From contig CANPVV010000001.1 in assembly GCA_947581835.1 (NCBI GenBank), positions 9,685-73,684 of the forward strand: DNA of 64,000 nucleotides, read 5' to 3'. Under the pieces are notes generated by a model. The model worked only from the letters and a program-made list of their open reading frames with translations, was not told the origin of the DNA and searched no databases. The stretch is from an uncultured Bacilli bacterium (lineage in GTDB: Bacteria; Bacillota_I; Bacilli_A; RF39; UBA660). The position numbers and the translations under genes are program-made. Positions 37,934 to 47,018 of the stretch are shown in pieces (the first letter of the stretch is position 1; each line of letters opens with the position of its first letter).

Positions 37934-39310
37934 TTAAAAATCAATTACATTTTCTATATAATCTTTTAATTCCTCTATCTTTAAAGTAACCTGTTCCATT
38001 GTATCTCTATTTCTCACTGTAACTGTTCCATTATTAATAGTTTCATCATCAACCGTTACACATAAAGGTGTCCCTACTGCATCACTTCTTCTATATCTTT
38101 TTCCAATTGAACCCGCCATATCTATACTACACATAAAATTCTTTGATAATTCTCCATATAAATCCATTGCTTTATCCCCATGCACTTTTTTAATCAAAGG
38201 CAAAATTGTAACTTTTATAGGGGCTAAATAAGGATGTAATTTTAAAACCTGTCTTTCTTCATTATTCTCTAAAATATCTACATGATAAGCATCTGTAATT
38301 ATAGCAAATAATAATCTATCTAATCCCACACTAGGTTCAATAACATATGGTAAATATCTTTCATTAGTATCTGGATCTAAATAACTAAGTGAGGTATTTG
38401 AGTGTTCTTGATGCACTGTTAAATCATAATCTGTTCTATCCGCTATACCCCAAAGCTCTCCCCAACCCATTGGAAACTTATATTCAATATCTGTAGTTGC
38501 TTTACTATAAAAAGATAATTCTTCTTTCGAATGGTCTCTATATCTTAAATTATCTTTATCTAAACCTAAAGACTTTAAAAAATCTAAACAAAAATTCTTC
38601 CAATAACCAAACCATTCTAAATCATCACCAGGTTTACAGAAAAACTCTAATTCCATTTGTTCAAATTCTCTTGTTCTAAAAATAAAATTTCCTGGTGTAA
38701 TTTCATTTCTAAAACTTTTACCTGTCTGACAAACTCCAAAAGGAACTTTAAGTCTCATACTTCTTTGAACATTTAAGAAATTAACAAATATACCTTGAGC
38801 TGTTTCTCCTCTTAAATATACTTTAGCTTTAGCATCTTCTGTTACTCCCATATGAGTTTCAAATAATAAATTAAACTTTCTAATTGGAGTAAAATCACTC
38901 TTTCCACACCTAGGACAAACAATTTTATTATCACTTATATATTTTTCTAATTCTTCATTACTCCAACCATCACCAGTTATTTTACCTTTAGTAAAATCTT
39001 CAATTAATTTATCCGCTCTATGTCTTGCTTTACAAGCCTTACAATCTATTAATGGATCATTAAAATTTGTTACATGACCACTTGCAACCCACACCTCTGG
39101 ATTCATTAAAATAGCACTATCAAGCCCATAATTATAAGGATTTTCTTGAACAAACTTCTTCCACCAAGCTTTTCTTAAATTATTTTTAAGTTCTACTCCT
39201 AAAGGACCATAATCCCATGTATTAGCAAGCCCTCCATATATTTCACTACCCTGAAATATAAAACCATATTGTTTACAATAATTTACTAATTCATCTTGTG
39301 TTACTTTCAT
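37934..39310 (-). CDS. glyQS: Glycine--tRNA ligase (homodimeric GlyQS type)
   Basis: At 458 aa it has class II motifs (FRNEITPGNFIFRTREFEQME, GLDRL). A T-box leader lies upstream. Confidence 0.95.
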   Translation of the reverse strand: MKVTQDELVNYCKQYGFIFQGSEIYGGLANTWDYGPLGVELKNNLRKAWWKKFVQENPYNYGLDSAILMNPEVWVASGHVTNFNDPLIDCKACKARHRADKLIEDFTKGKITGDGWSNEELEKYISDNKIVCPRCGKSDFTPIRKFNLLFETHMGVTEDAKAKVYLRGETAQGIFVNFLNVQRSMRLKVPFGVCQTGKSFRNEITPGNFIFRTREFEQMELEFFCKPGDDLEWFGYWKNFCLDFLKSLGLDKDNLRYRDHSKEELSFYSKATTDIEYKFPMGWGELWGIADRTDYDLTVHQEHSNTSLSYLDPDTNERYLPYVIEPSVGLDRLLFAIITDAYHVDILENNEERQVLKLHPYLAPIKVTILPLIKKVHGDKAMDLYGELSKNFMCSIDMAGSIGKRYRRSDAVGTPLCVTVDDETINNGTVTVRNRDTMEQVTLKIEELKDYIENVIDF

Positions 39311-39470
39311 TTTTTCTCCTCCTAAAAAAAACTCTAAAAGAAACTATAGGGACGAATTATTTTTCGCGGTTCCACCCTACTTATTTCCTTTAGAGAAATC
39401 ACCTTATTTTTTATATAGCTCCAGATTTGCCAAATCCTTCATCACTTGTATGTACATATTATATGCTAAA
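39311..39470 (-). ncRNA. T-box leader (Gly) of glyQS
   Basis: The minus strand has the T-box core GGGTGGAACCGCG (39377-39365) and a candidate GGC specifier in GGATTTGGCAAATCTGG. The boundaries are approximate. Confidence 0.75.
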
Positions 39471-39489
39471 AATATAATTTTCGCAAGTC

Positions 39490-40761
39490 TTATTTTTTAA
39501 AAGTATATGTATCTGTATAAGTTTTACCTTTTTCTACAACTGATGCCGTAAATTCATAACTATATCCTTTTGTAGGATTAAGAAGTAAACAACCAACTAC
39601 ATTATCAACTTCATTAACAAGCATTTCTTTAGAAGTTTTAAATTTAGGATCATCACTATCTTTAAGATCTATTGTTACTTCATCAAAAACTCCATCTCCC
39701 CCTAAACCTTCAACACATACTAATTGATAAGTTACGCCATCTCCATCTAATGGTTCACTTGTAATTTCTATATCTTCTAATTCTTCTGGATACTTCAAAT
39801 TAAGTGTTAAATACTCTTCTCCAGTAACATTATTTTCTTTATCTACTACTCGCATATAAATATAATATTTACCTTCCTCAAATTCATAAGAAAAATCATA
39901 ATTTATTCCTGTTATATCTTTATCTATTACTTTTAAATATAAATCACTATCTAAATTACTTGTATCTTTTATTTCTTTATCACTTATAATTAAAGTAACT
40001 CTATATTTAGTACTTCCCATAAATATTGATGATATCTTTAAAGTACTATCCCAACCTAAAGTAATATCTTTATCTGTACTCATTTTAAGATTATTATTAG
40101 AAAGTTTATGACTAAGATTAAGTAATCCTGTTGTTTTAAAATCCCATTCAAATTTTTTATCTTTATTTAATTCTTCGGTATTATTAGGCACAACCTCTAT
40201 ATTTTTACTTACCTTTACTTTAAGGGTTGCAACTCCTTCATTATCTGAACTATCTTTAACTTTATAAATAACCTCATATTCCCCTTCTTTTTTATTATCT
40301 ACTTGACTATCTATTAAAATATCTTCAACACTCAAAGTATCATAATTATCTGTTACCTCTTCTATATAATCCTCTGGCTTAAACTCTTCATTAGGTTTTA
40401 TAATCTCTACTAAATTTTTCAAAGTAATTTTCGGAGATTCTCTATCTACTACTTCTACCTTAAATGTTTTATTATACTCTTTTCCATCATATTTTATATT
40501 TAAAGTAATATCTTGTTTCCCTAAAGTATCTACTTCACTAAAACTATAAACAACTTCTTTTTTCTTATAAGTACAACCTTTACTATTACAAGCTATATCT
40601 TGCACCACAAAATCATTAATATTATAATCATTATAATCAACTTTAACTACATTTTTATACTTAAAAGCATCAGTATTCATATTTTTAATTAAAAAATATC
40701 CCCCAATACCAAAACCAATAACCACTACTAAAAAAACTAACCATCCAATAAAATACTTCAT
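39490..40761 (-). CDS. Membrane-anchored protein with an Ig-like (DUF5011-type) repeat; unknown function
   Basis: It has an N-terminal TM segment. The N-terminal ~190 aa are collinear with the N-terminus of the deacetylase at 4402-5829 (EVDT..G, V.D.E.P.IT, G.Y.V.Y.V.DSS.N). Confidence 0.7.
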   Translation of the reverse strand: MKYFIGWLVFLVVVIGFGIGGYFLIKNMNTDAFKYKNVVKVDYNDYNINDFVVQDIACNSKGCTYKKKEVVYSFSEVDTLGKQDITLNIKYDGKEYNKTFKVEVVDRESPKITLKNLVEIIKPNEEFKPEDYIEEVTDNYDTLSVEDILIDSQVDNKKEGEYEVIYKVKDSSDNEGVATLKVKVSKNIEVVPNNTEELNKDKKFEWDFKTTGLLNLSHKLSNNNLKMSTDKDITLGWDSTLKISSIFMGSTKYRVTLIISDKEIKDTSNLDSDLYLKVIDKDITGINYDFSYEFEEGKYYIYMRVVDKENNVTGEEYLTLNLKYPEELEDIEITSEPLDGDGVTYQLVCVEGLGGDGVFDEVTIDLKDSDDPKFKTSKEMLVNEVDNVVGCLLLNPTKGYSYEFTASVVEKGKTYTDTYTFKK

Positions 40762-40809
40762 AAAACACCTCTACTATAATAGAAGTATACCATATATTTT
40801 ATTTTAAGT

Positions 40810-41655
40810 CTATCTTGCCCAAGCAATTTGATTTTTAATATTCTCTAATACTAAAGACATATCACTAAATAATTTCTTAACCTCTATACTTGTCATATCA
40901 CTTTCCATAATACTCATAACGTCATCATATATAAGTGATAATGTATCTACTTCACATAAAGTAAGTCTTGCAAAAATATTAATAATATATATAAGTACTC
41001 TTGCAACAGCATCACTACTACCAAGCTCATTTTCTTCAGTTATACTATACATATCATCTATACTTTCTAATACTAAAATACTTTTATCTATATAGGAATA
41101 TGCTGGTAAATCTCCTGTTCTATAACTATCTGTTTTTAAACTTAAAGAACTATTAAGATTTCCCATAATAAAATCATCTTCTACTTGTGCATTCATAAAT
41201 ATTAAATTATATTTATATAAAACTAAACTTTGTTTTATATCTTTATAATAAGGATTATTTATTAAATAATCTAAAAACTTTAAAATAATATTACTTATAT
41301 CTGTTCTAAGAACACTTGCATAATCTAAATAATCATCTCCACTCATATCATCTAACATATGTAATATCCGGTAATTATAAGCATCAGTTAAATATCCTAA
41401 AGATATAAGTAATTCTTTCTTTGAATATTTATTCTTTAAAACAACTTTTTTAATTTCACTATTAGAATACTCACTACCCATATTAACCAATATTTGTTTT
41501 TCTCTTCCCATTAAATTAATTAGTTCTTGAAAATAATACTCATAATCATTAGTTAACTGTAAATCCCGAGTTTCTAATTCTGAAAGTTTTAAATAAACTT
41601 CCTCAATTTGTTCTTCTATTTCTTTTAAATTTAATAAATAACTTTTTAATTTCAT
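40810..41655 (-). CDS. Hypothetical protein (281 aa)
   Basis: ORF with coding-like composition and no recognisable motif. Confidence 0.6.
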   Translation of the reverse strand: MKLKSYLLNLKEIEEQIEEVYLKLSELETRDLQLTNDYEYYFQELINLMGREKQILVNMGSEYSNSEIKKVVLKNKYSKKELLISLGYLTDAYNYRILHMLDDMSGDDYLDYASVLRTDISNIILKFLDYLINNPYYKDIKQSLVLYKYNLIFMNAQVEDDFIMGNLNSSLSLKTDSYRTGDLPAYSYIDKSILVLESIDDMYSITEENELGSSDAVARVLIYIINIFARLTLCEVDTLSLIYDDVMSIMESDMTSIEVKKLFSDMSLVLENIKNQIAWAR

Positions 41656-41773
41656 AACCTAAACCACCCTCAAAAAAAGTATAGCATAAACAACCATCTA
41701 ATAAAAGTGTTTATTATTAAAAACTAAAAGATAGCCTTAAAAAATAAGACTATCCAATATAAAAATATAAAAA

Positions 41774-41815
41774 CTTGCCTCTAGTTAGAGATAATAGAAA
41801 AGCACTAAAGGCAAG
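41774..41815 (-). terminator. Terminator of paralogue A, inside the 96-bp repeated 3' flank 41726-41821
   Basis: On the minus strand CTTGCCTTTAG...CTAGAGGCAAG is followed by TTTTTATATTTTT. A second hairpin (ATAGTCTTA...TAAGGCTAT) follows. Confidence 0.6.
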
Positions 41816-41821
41816 AAAATA

Positions 41822-43171
41822 TTAATTAAGTTTTACTGTAAATGGGTGTTCTGCAGAACCATCTCCACCTTCTTCAAATGGCGTATCAGCTTTTAAATTT
41901 ATTACAGGACGAACACCAAAAGTGTCAGGCACAAATGTACTGTCGAGATTGCCATTTTTAGTTACACAGTACATCATAGCATAATCATTTACAAAGTAAT
42001 ATGGAGACATAGTCCAATAGGGTTTTCCTGTGAATAAATAATAATCTGCATTTTCTCGAGATTCATATGCTCCTGCATATATCACTTCATCGGCTGTTAT
42101 TAATCCTATTGGATAATCTAAAGCTTGATTTCCAATTCCTTTGTCATTAGTTGTTGTAAATAAATCTTGTTCTTTTTGTGGACATTTAAATATTGGCTTA
42201 TGCGTTATCCATGCTCTTAGATATGGTCCATAATATGTTGTAATTCTTGCATAACCATAGGCACTTGTATCCACTATAGAAGTATTGCTACTTCCATTAT
42301 ATGGTGTTCTATCATTGCAAAAGCCTGTCGCCCCATCTAAAGCGTTTTTATATTGTTCTAAATTTTTTAAATACCAAGTATCTAACTCTTTGAGTATATG
42401 ACTTTTGTTTGTATTTTTATGAGCTTCGTCATATGAACTTGCATTAGCTGTACCATACATAAATCCTACATAGGTATTATCAGTACGAGGATTATTATAA
42501 TAAATTTCTGAGTTGGTAATATCACTTTCACTTATAACATTTTCAGAATAAATTAATCTTATTGTTCCATCACCATTTATTCGGATTATTCGCCACAATT
42601 TATCAGCAAATTTTACCCAATTCTTAATATTGGTTTTACTCCCTCTAAAGTAATAAGTATCTCCATAATCATCTTGACCTTTACAAAGTAAAGCATTAGT
42701 TGTTTCTAAACTATATATTGATGCTTCACCTGTAGCTTCATCTATTGTTGGACAACTATTTCCAGATAATTTTAAATTAGGAAATTTTGCCAACGTATCC
42801 TCTGCTGTGGGTAGTTTTACTTTCTTCAAATAAACAAAACATTTTAATCCACTACTATCTGCTTTTATATATACTTTATTATCCTTATATTCCATTGTTG
42901 TAGTTATATGTTCTGTACTATTTCCTTTTGTACAATAACTTTGTGAATCTACTTCATAATTTCCTTTAGGAATACTATCAGTTTCTTGATAATTTTCTTC
43001 TTCACTATCTTTATAAAGTATAGCAACTCCTTTACTTTCTACTTCTTCTAAATTATTACTACTATCTAACTCAAAAACTTCTTCTCTTTTATTATTTATC
43101 AATTTTATTGATAATATAATTGCAACTAAAAACACCCCTATTACTACTATACTTTTATTACTTTTTTTCAT
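41822..43171 (-). CDS. N-terminally anchored protein with a C-terminal DUF6273-like domain (paralogue A, 449 aa)
   Basis: N-terminal TM anchor MKKSNKSIVVIGVFLVAIILSIKLI. It carries YYFRG, WRIIRINGDGTIRLIY, FCNDRTPY, GLITADEVIYAG, YWTMSP and GVRPVINLKAD. Confidence 0.85.
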   Translation of the reverse strand: MKKSNKSIVVIGVFLVAIILSIKLINNKREEVFELDSSNNLEEVESKGVAILYKDSEEENYQETDSIPKGNYEVDSQSYCTKGNSTEHITTTMEYKDNKVYIKADSSGLKCFVYLKKVKLPTAEDTLAKFPNLKLSGNSCPTIDEATGEASIYSLETTNALLCKGQDDYGDTYYFRGSKTNIKNWVKFADKLWRIIRINGDGTIRLIYSENVISESDITNSEIYYNNPRTDNTYVGFMYGTANASSYDEAHKNTNKSHILKELDTWYLKNLEQYKNALDGATGFCNDRTPYNGSSNTSIVDTSAYGYARITTYYGPYLRAWITHKPIFKCPQKEQDLFTTTNDKGIGNQALDYPIGLITADEVIYAGAYESRENADYYLFTGKPYWTMSPYYFVNDYAMMYCVTKNGNLDSTFVPDTFGVRPVINLKADTPFEEGGDGSAEHPFTVKLN

Positions 43172-43211
43172 TTTTCTTCTCCTATCATAGAAATTCCTAG
43201 TTTATAAATAA

Positions 43212-43240
43212 ATTATAATCTGTGATAGTCTAAAAGTCAA
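43212..43240 (-). promoter_or_regulatory. Near-consensus sigma-A promoter of paralogue A, flanked by a 9-bp inverted repeat
   Basis: On the minus strand the sequence reads TTGACT (43240-43235), a 17-nt spacer, then TATAAT (43217-43212). The -10 is part of the palindrome ATTATAAT (43212-43219), which also reads TATAAT on the plus strand. The inverted-repeat arms are CTATCATAG (43182-43190) and CTGTGATAG (43220-43228). Confidence 0.6.
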
Positions 43241-43313
43241 GTAAAAGTTCGGCATTTAGAGCATATAATTTTCTTAAAACTAAATAAATGAGACAATACT
43301 TCTGGTGAAATAT

Positions 43314-43772
43314 ATGAATTATGGAGAAAAAATGAAACAAATAAGAGAAACAAATAATGTTTCTCAAGAACAAATTGCTAACATATTAAATATAAAAAGA
43401 TCTACTTATGGTCATTATGAAACAGAATACCAAACTATTCCTATAAACCATTTAATAAACTTTTGTAAATATTTTAAAATATCAATTGATTATCTTTTTA
43501 ATTTTACTGAAAATCAAACTTCCACAAATTATCAAGACATTAATAATGAAAAAGCTAGCATTCGTCTAAAAGAATTTCGAAAAGAAAATGACTTAACCCA
43601 AAAAGCTTTAGGCATAGACCTAAATACTACTAAAACTGTTATAAGTGGCTATGAACATGGAAGATATTTGATTGCTACTCCATTTCTTTATACTATCTGT
43701 AAAAAATACAACTATTCTGCTGACTATCTCTTAGGTTTAACTGATAAACCTAAATATATCAAACTAAAATAA
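43314..43772 (+). CDS. XRE-family regulator with two HTH domains
   Basis: It has two Cro/C1-type HTH modules (KQIRETNNVSQEQIANILNIKRSTYGHYE and LKEFRKENDLTQKALGIDLNTTKTVISGYE). The preferred start is ATG 43314, preceded by GGTGA. The ORF track starts at GTG 43305. Confidence 0.85.
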   Translation: MNYGEKMKQIRETNNVSQEQIANILNIKRSTYGHYETEYQTIPINHLINFCKYFKISIDYLFNFTENQTSTNYQDINNEKASIRLKEFRKENDLTQKALGIDLNTTKTVISGYEHGRYLIATPFLYTICKKYNYSADYLLGLTDKPKYIKLK

Positions 43773-43774
43773 AA

Positions 43775-44293
43775 TTAATTAACTATAACTGAATCTTTTT
43801 CTATTTTCTCTATTAAACTATCAATTGCATCTTTAGGTATTCTAGTTGATGAATTATTTTTTAAAAGATTACACGCTTTAACTGCTATATCACTTGCAAT
43901 AATCTTATTTTCATACATTAATTCAACTATCCTCAAAGTTCTTATAACCTCTATTCCATGCTTTTCTGAATATACCTTTAAATCATTATCTCCTGTAGCC
44001 AAAATACAATCATTATCTCTAGCAATTATATAATTTAGTGCATCATATATAGATAACCTTGGCTTTTCTAATCTAACTGAATTTATCTCTAATAATTGTT
44101 TTTCTGTTGCTTCAATTACTTTAAACTTATCAATAACTTTTATATCTCCAGTATCAGAATTAATTTCATCATACTTTAATAAATCACTTATAAATACATT
44201 ATCTAATTCTACAAATTGTGCTAAAATTTTAGCATTATTTAAATCTGTAATTATATTAGTATCCGTAATTATTATTTTCGCTGTTATATTCAT
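43775..44293 (-). CDS. PIN-domain (DUF4411-like) putative nuclease
   Basis: Acidic residues lie in PIN-like positions (IIITDTN..., ...IYDALNYIIA..., ...LATGDNDL). The product is 172 aa. The gene overlaps the upstream HTH-ImmA gene by 38 nt. Confidence 0.65.
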   Translation of the reverse strand: MNITAKIIITDTNIITDLNNAKILAQFVELDNVFISDLLKYDEINSDTGDIKVIDKFKVIEATEKQLLEINSVRLEKPRLSIYDALNYIIARDNDCILATGDNDLKVYSEKHGIEVIRTLRIVELMYENKIIASDIAVKACNLLKNNSSTRIPKDAIDSLIEKIEKDSVIVN

Positions 44294-45305
44294 TTGCTGT
44301 TACTCCTAAAAATTCACAAGCTTTATTAAGTGATATAATATTATCTATCTCTAATTTATGCACAATTCTTTTAAATTGATAAGTTTCTTCTGGAACTATT
44401 AATATTGGTTCCTCTTTTTTACCAAATATTTTATTCAAACTAATATTTAAATTTCTATAAGTATATTCAGTTATTATATTTAAATCCTTCAATCTATAAA
44501 TTGTAGCTGCCATACTAACTTTATATTCTCTTTTAAAAGCCATAAGTTCATATAAACTAATATTATTTCTTGAAACCCCAAATTCATTTATTACTGCATC
44601 TTTTGGCATTAACAAACTACTAGCAAATCTATTACATAATTTTTCTTCATCTAAATCATCATTACTAAAATTTAATATTAAATGTCCAAGTTCATGAGCA
44701 ATCGTAAATCTTTGTCTAGCACCATCACTAATCCCATCTAATAAAACAATAACTGGTATATTATTAACAAATTCACTTAACCCATCAAAATCATTAAACA
44801 TACCATTTTGATTATTTATTTTAATTATAATTATACCTAAATTTTCTAAAGTATTAATTAAATCTGATATAGGTAATAACATTGAATATTTTATATCATT
44901 TCTAAACTTTTCTGCTGCAAGCTCTGCTTCCTCTAAATTACTACAATTATATCTTTTAATTCTTTTATTATTACTAAAATTATTCATTTCCATAACTTCT
45001 AAATACTTTGCTACTTCATTTTGAATAACTTCTTTTAATAACTCTAAATTTTGTCCTTTAAGTCTCTTTCTTTTTCTAAAAGAAGTAAACTTCATATTGG
45101 GAACTTGATATGATTTTAAAAGTTCAATAACTTTTACATTATAAGCATTAGCAAATTCTATTAACTTTTTAGAATTAGGATTAATCTCCCCTTTTTCATA
45201 TTTAGCTACTGCTGGAGCTGACATATTTAATAATAATCCAACATCTTTTAAAGACAAATTTTTTAAAAGTCTAATTCTTCTCAAATTATTTCCAATTTCA
45301 TTCAT
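44256..45305 (-). CDS. Fusion of an XRE HTH domain and an ImmA/IrrE (COG2856, M78) zinc metallopeptidase
   Basis: N-terminal HTH (LRRIRLLKNLSLKDVGLLLNMSAPAVAKYEKGE) plus the HEXXH motif HELGHLIL. Confidence 0.85.
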   Translation of the reverse strand: MNEIGNNLRRIRLLKNLSLKDVGLLLNMSAPAVAKYEKGEINPNSKKLIEFANAYNVKVIELLKSYQVPNMKFTSFRKRKRLKGQNLELLKEVIQNEVAKYLEVMEMNNFSNNKRIKRYNCSNLEEAELAAEKFRNDIKYSMLLPISDLINTLENLGIIIIKINNQNGMFNDFDGLSEFVNNIPVIVLLDGISDGARQRFTIAHELGHLILNFSNDDLDEEKLCNRFASSLLMPKDAVINEFGVSRNNISLYELMAFKREYKVSMAATIYRLKDLNIITEYTYRNLNISLNKIFGKKEEPILIVPEETYQFKRIVHKLEIDNIISLNKACEFLGVTANEYNSENNNYGY

Positions 45306-45332
45306 AATTATTACTCCTTTTATTTAGTTAAT

Positions 45333-45361
45333 ATTTTAACATAAAATTTTAGAAATGTAAA
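45333..45361 (-). promoter_or_regulatory. Sigma-A-type promoter of the HTH-ImmA/PIN operon
   Basis: On the minus strand the sequence reads TTTACA (45361-45356), a 17-nt spacer ending in TGT, then TAAAAT (45338-45333). Confidence 0.45.
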
Positions 45362-45411
45362 CCAAAAAAGATAGCCTTAAATCTAAGACTATCCAATATA
45401 AAAATATAAAA

Positions 45412-45453
45412 CTTGCCTCTAGTTAGAGATAATAGAAAAGCACTAAAGGCAAG
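45412..45453 (-). terminator. Terminator of paralogue B, inside the repeated 3' flank 45366-45459
   Basis: The same hairpin and T-run are found at 41774-41815. Confidence 0.6.
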
Positions 45454-45459
45454 ATAATA

Positions 45460-46875
45460 TTAATCTAGTTTTACTGTAAATGGTTTAGAAGAAGTACCAT
45501 CTCCACCTTCTTCAAATGTAACATTAGCTTTTAAATTTATTACCGGACGGACACCACGAGTATCATTAACATAACCATGTTCAAGCCAACCTTCATCACT
45601 TATATAAGAAACATAAGCATGACCATTATAACAATTTGGAGTCATAGCCCAATAATTATAAGCATTGTACAAATAATAAGCATAATTGTCTGTGCCATAT
45701 ATGCCTCCAGCAAACATTATTTCATCAGCTGTGATTAACCCTACAGGAATAGGTAACTTTTCATTTCCTCTTTTACTTCCAAAAATAGTATATAAATCTT
45801 GTTCTTTTTGTGGACACTTAAATGTTGCTTTTTTACTATGCATCACTCGTATATTTCCTTCATAATAAGTGGTCCCATTACTTTCAACATTACCATAACC
45901 CTTATTTACTCTATCTGGAATTCCTCCTGTAGATTCTGCATATGGTGTCCTATCTCCGCAAAATCCTGTATTTCCATCAAGATATTTTCTTACAATTTCA
46001 GATAAAAATTTAGAGTTAGTATACCAATAATTTATTTTTTCTAAAATATCACTGTTCGTTAAATTAGCATGAGTTGCTTTATAAGCAGCATCATCATCAG
46101 TAATTTTTATTTGACCTGGTATCCCATACATATAACCTACATATGCATTATCATCATAATTTAAATTATATGCAACATTTTCATTATTTCCACTACCTGA
46201 ATCGTAAAATAGCATTGTATCCTTACCAACTTTATTTGTTGTATTTCCATTATATATTAATCTTATAGAACCATTCCCATTTATCCTGATTATTCGCCAA
46301 TAGATATTATCTATTAATACCCAGTTATTTGGTGCTTGACCTCTAAAATAGTAAGTTTCGCCATCATCATCAACGCCTCTACATAATAATGTATTAGGTT
46401 CAATACTTCTGGTTTTTATAGATGCATATCCATTTTCATCAAAAATAGGACATTTACTACTATCATCACTTACAACTAAACCTGATAATTTTGCTAAAGT
46501 ATCTTCTGCTGTTGGTTCTTTTATTTTCTTTAAATAAACAAAACATTTTAATCCACTACTATCTGCTTTTATATATACTTTATTATCTCTATATTCCATT
46601 GTAGTTTGTATATGTTCTTTACTTTCTCCCTTTGTACAATAACTATCTTCTGTTACTTCATAATTTCCAACAGGAACATTATCTGTATCTTTATATTCCT
46701 CATTATCACTATCTTTATAAAGTATAGCAACTCTTTTACCCTCTACCTCTTTTAAATTATTACTACTATCTAACTCATATACTTCTTCTCTTTTATTATT
46801 TATCAATCTTATTGATAATAAAATTGCAACTAAAAACACCCCTATTACTACTATACTTTTATTACTTTTTTTCAT
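45460..46875 (-). CDS. N-terminally anchored protein with a C-terminal DUF6273-like domain (paralogue B, 471 aa)
   Basis: The first ~130 aa are about 80 % identical by eye to paralogue A. The C-terminal part is much more diverged but keeps YYFRG, WRIIRINGNGSIRLIY, FCGDRTPY, GLITADEIMFAGG, YWAMTP and GVRPVINLKAN. Confidence 0.85.
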   Translation of the reverse strand: MKKSNKSIVVIGVFLVAILLSIRLINNKREEVYELDSSNNLKEVEGKRVAILYKDSDNEEYKDTDNVPVGNYEVTEDSYCTKGESKEHIQTTMEYRDNKVYIKADSSGLKCFVYLKKIKEPTAEDTLAKLSGLVVSDDSSKCPIFDENGYASIKTRSIEPNTLLCRGVDDDGETYYFRGQAPNNWVLIDNIYWRIIRINGNGSIRLIYNGNTTNKVGKDTMLFYDSGSGNNENVAYNLNYDDNAYVGYMYGIPGQIKITDDDAAYKATHANLTNSDILEKINYWYTNSKFLSEIVRKYLDGNTGFCGDRTPYAESTGGIPDRVNKGYGNVESNGTTYYEGNIRVMHSKKATFKCPQKEQDLYTIFGSKRGNEKLPIPVGLITADEIMFAGGIYGTDNYAYYLYNAYNYWAMTPNCYNGHAYVSYISDEGWLEHGYVNDTRGVRPVINLKANVTFEEGGDGTSSKPFTVKLD

Positions 46876-46917
46876 TTTCCTATTCTCCTATCATAGAAAT
46901 TCCTAGTTTATAAATAA

Positions 46918-46946
46918 ATTATAATCTGTGATAGTGTAAATGTCAA
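46918..46946 (-). promoter_or_regulatory. Consensus sigma-A promoter of paralogue B with the same inverted repeat
   Basis: On the minus strand the sequence reads TTGACA (46946-46941), a 17-nt spacer, then TATAAT (46923-46918). The inverted-repeat arms are at 46888-46896 and 46926-46934. Confidence 0.6.
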
Positions 46947-47018
46947 GAAAAATCTTCCAATAACAGTCAAAATATTTTTTCAATTATTTTAAGTGAGAAA
47001 ATAGACATGGTGAAATAT

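Noticed and set aside
43161-43171. Phase variation through the A7 run directly after the start codon (ATGAAAAAAAGT) of paralogues A and B. The same run occurs at 46865-46875.
   Set aside because: Seven adenines is short for efficient slipped-strand switching, and such runs are common in this very AT-rich genome (Lys-Lys after Met). There is no evidence of length heterogeneity in a single sequence.
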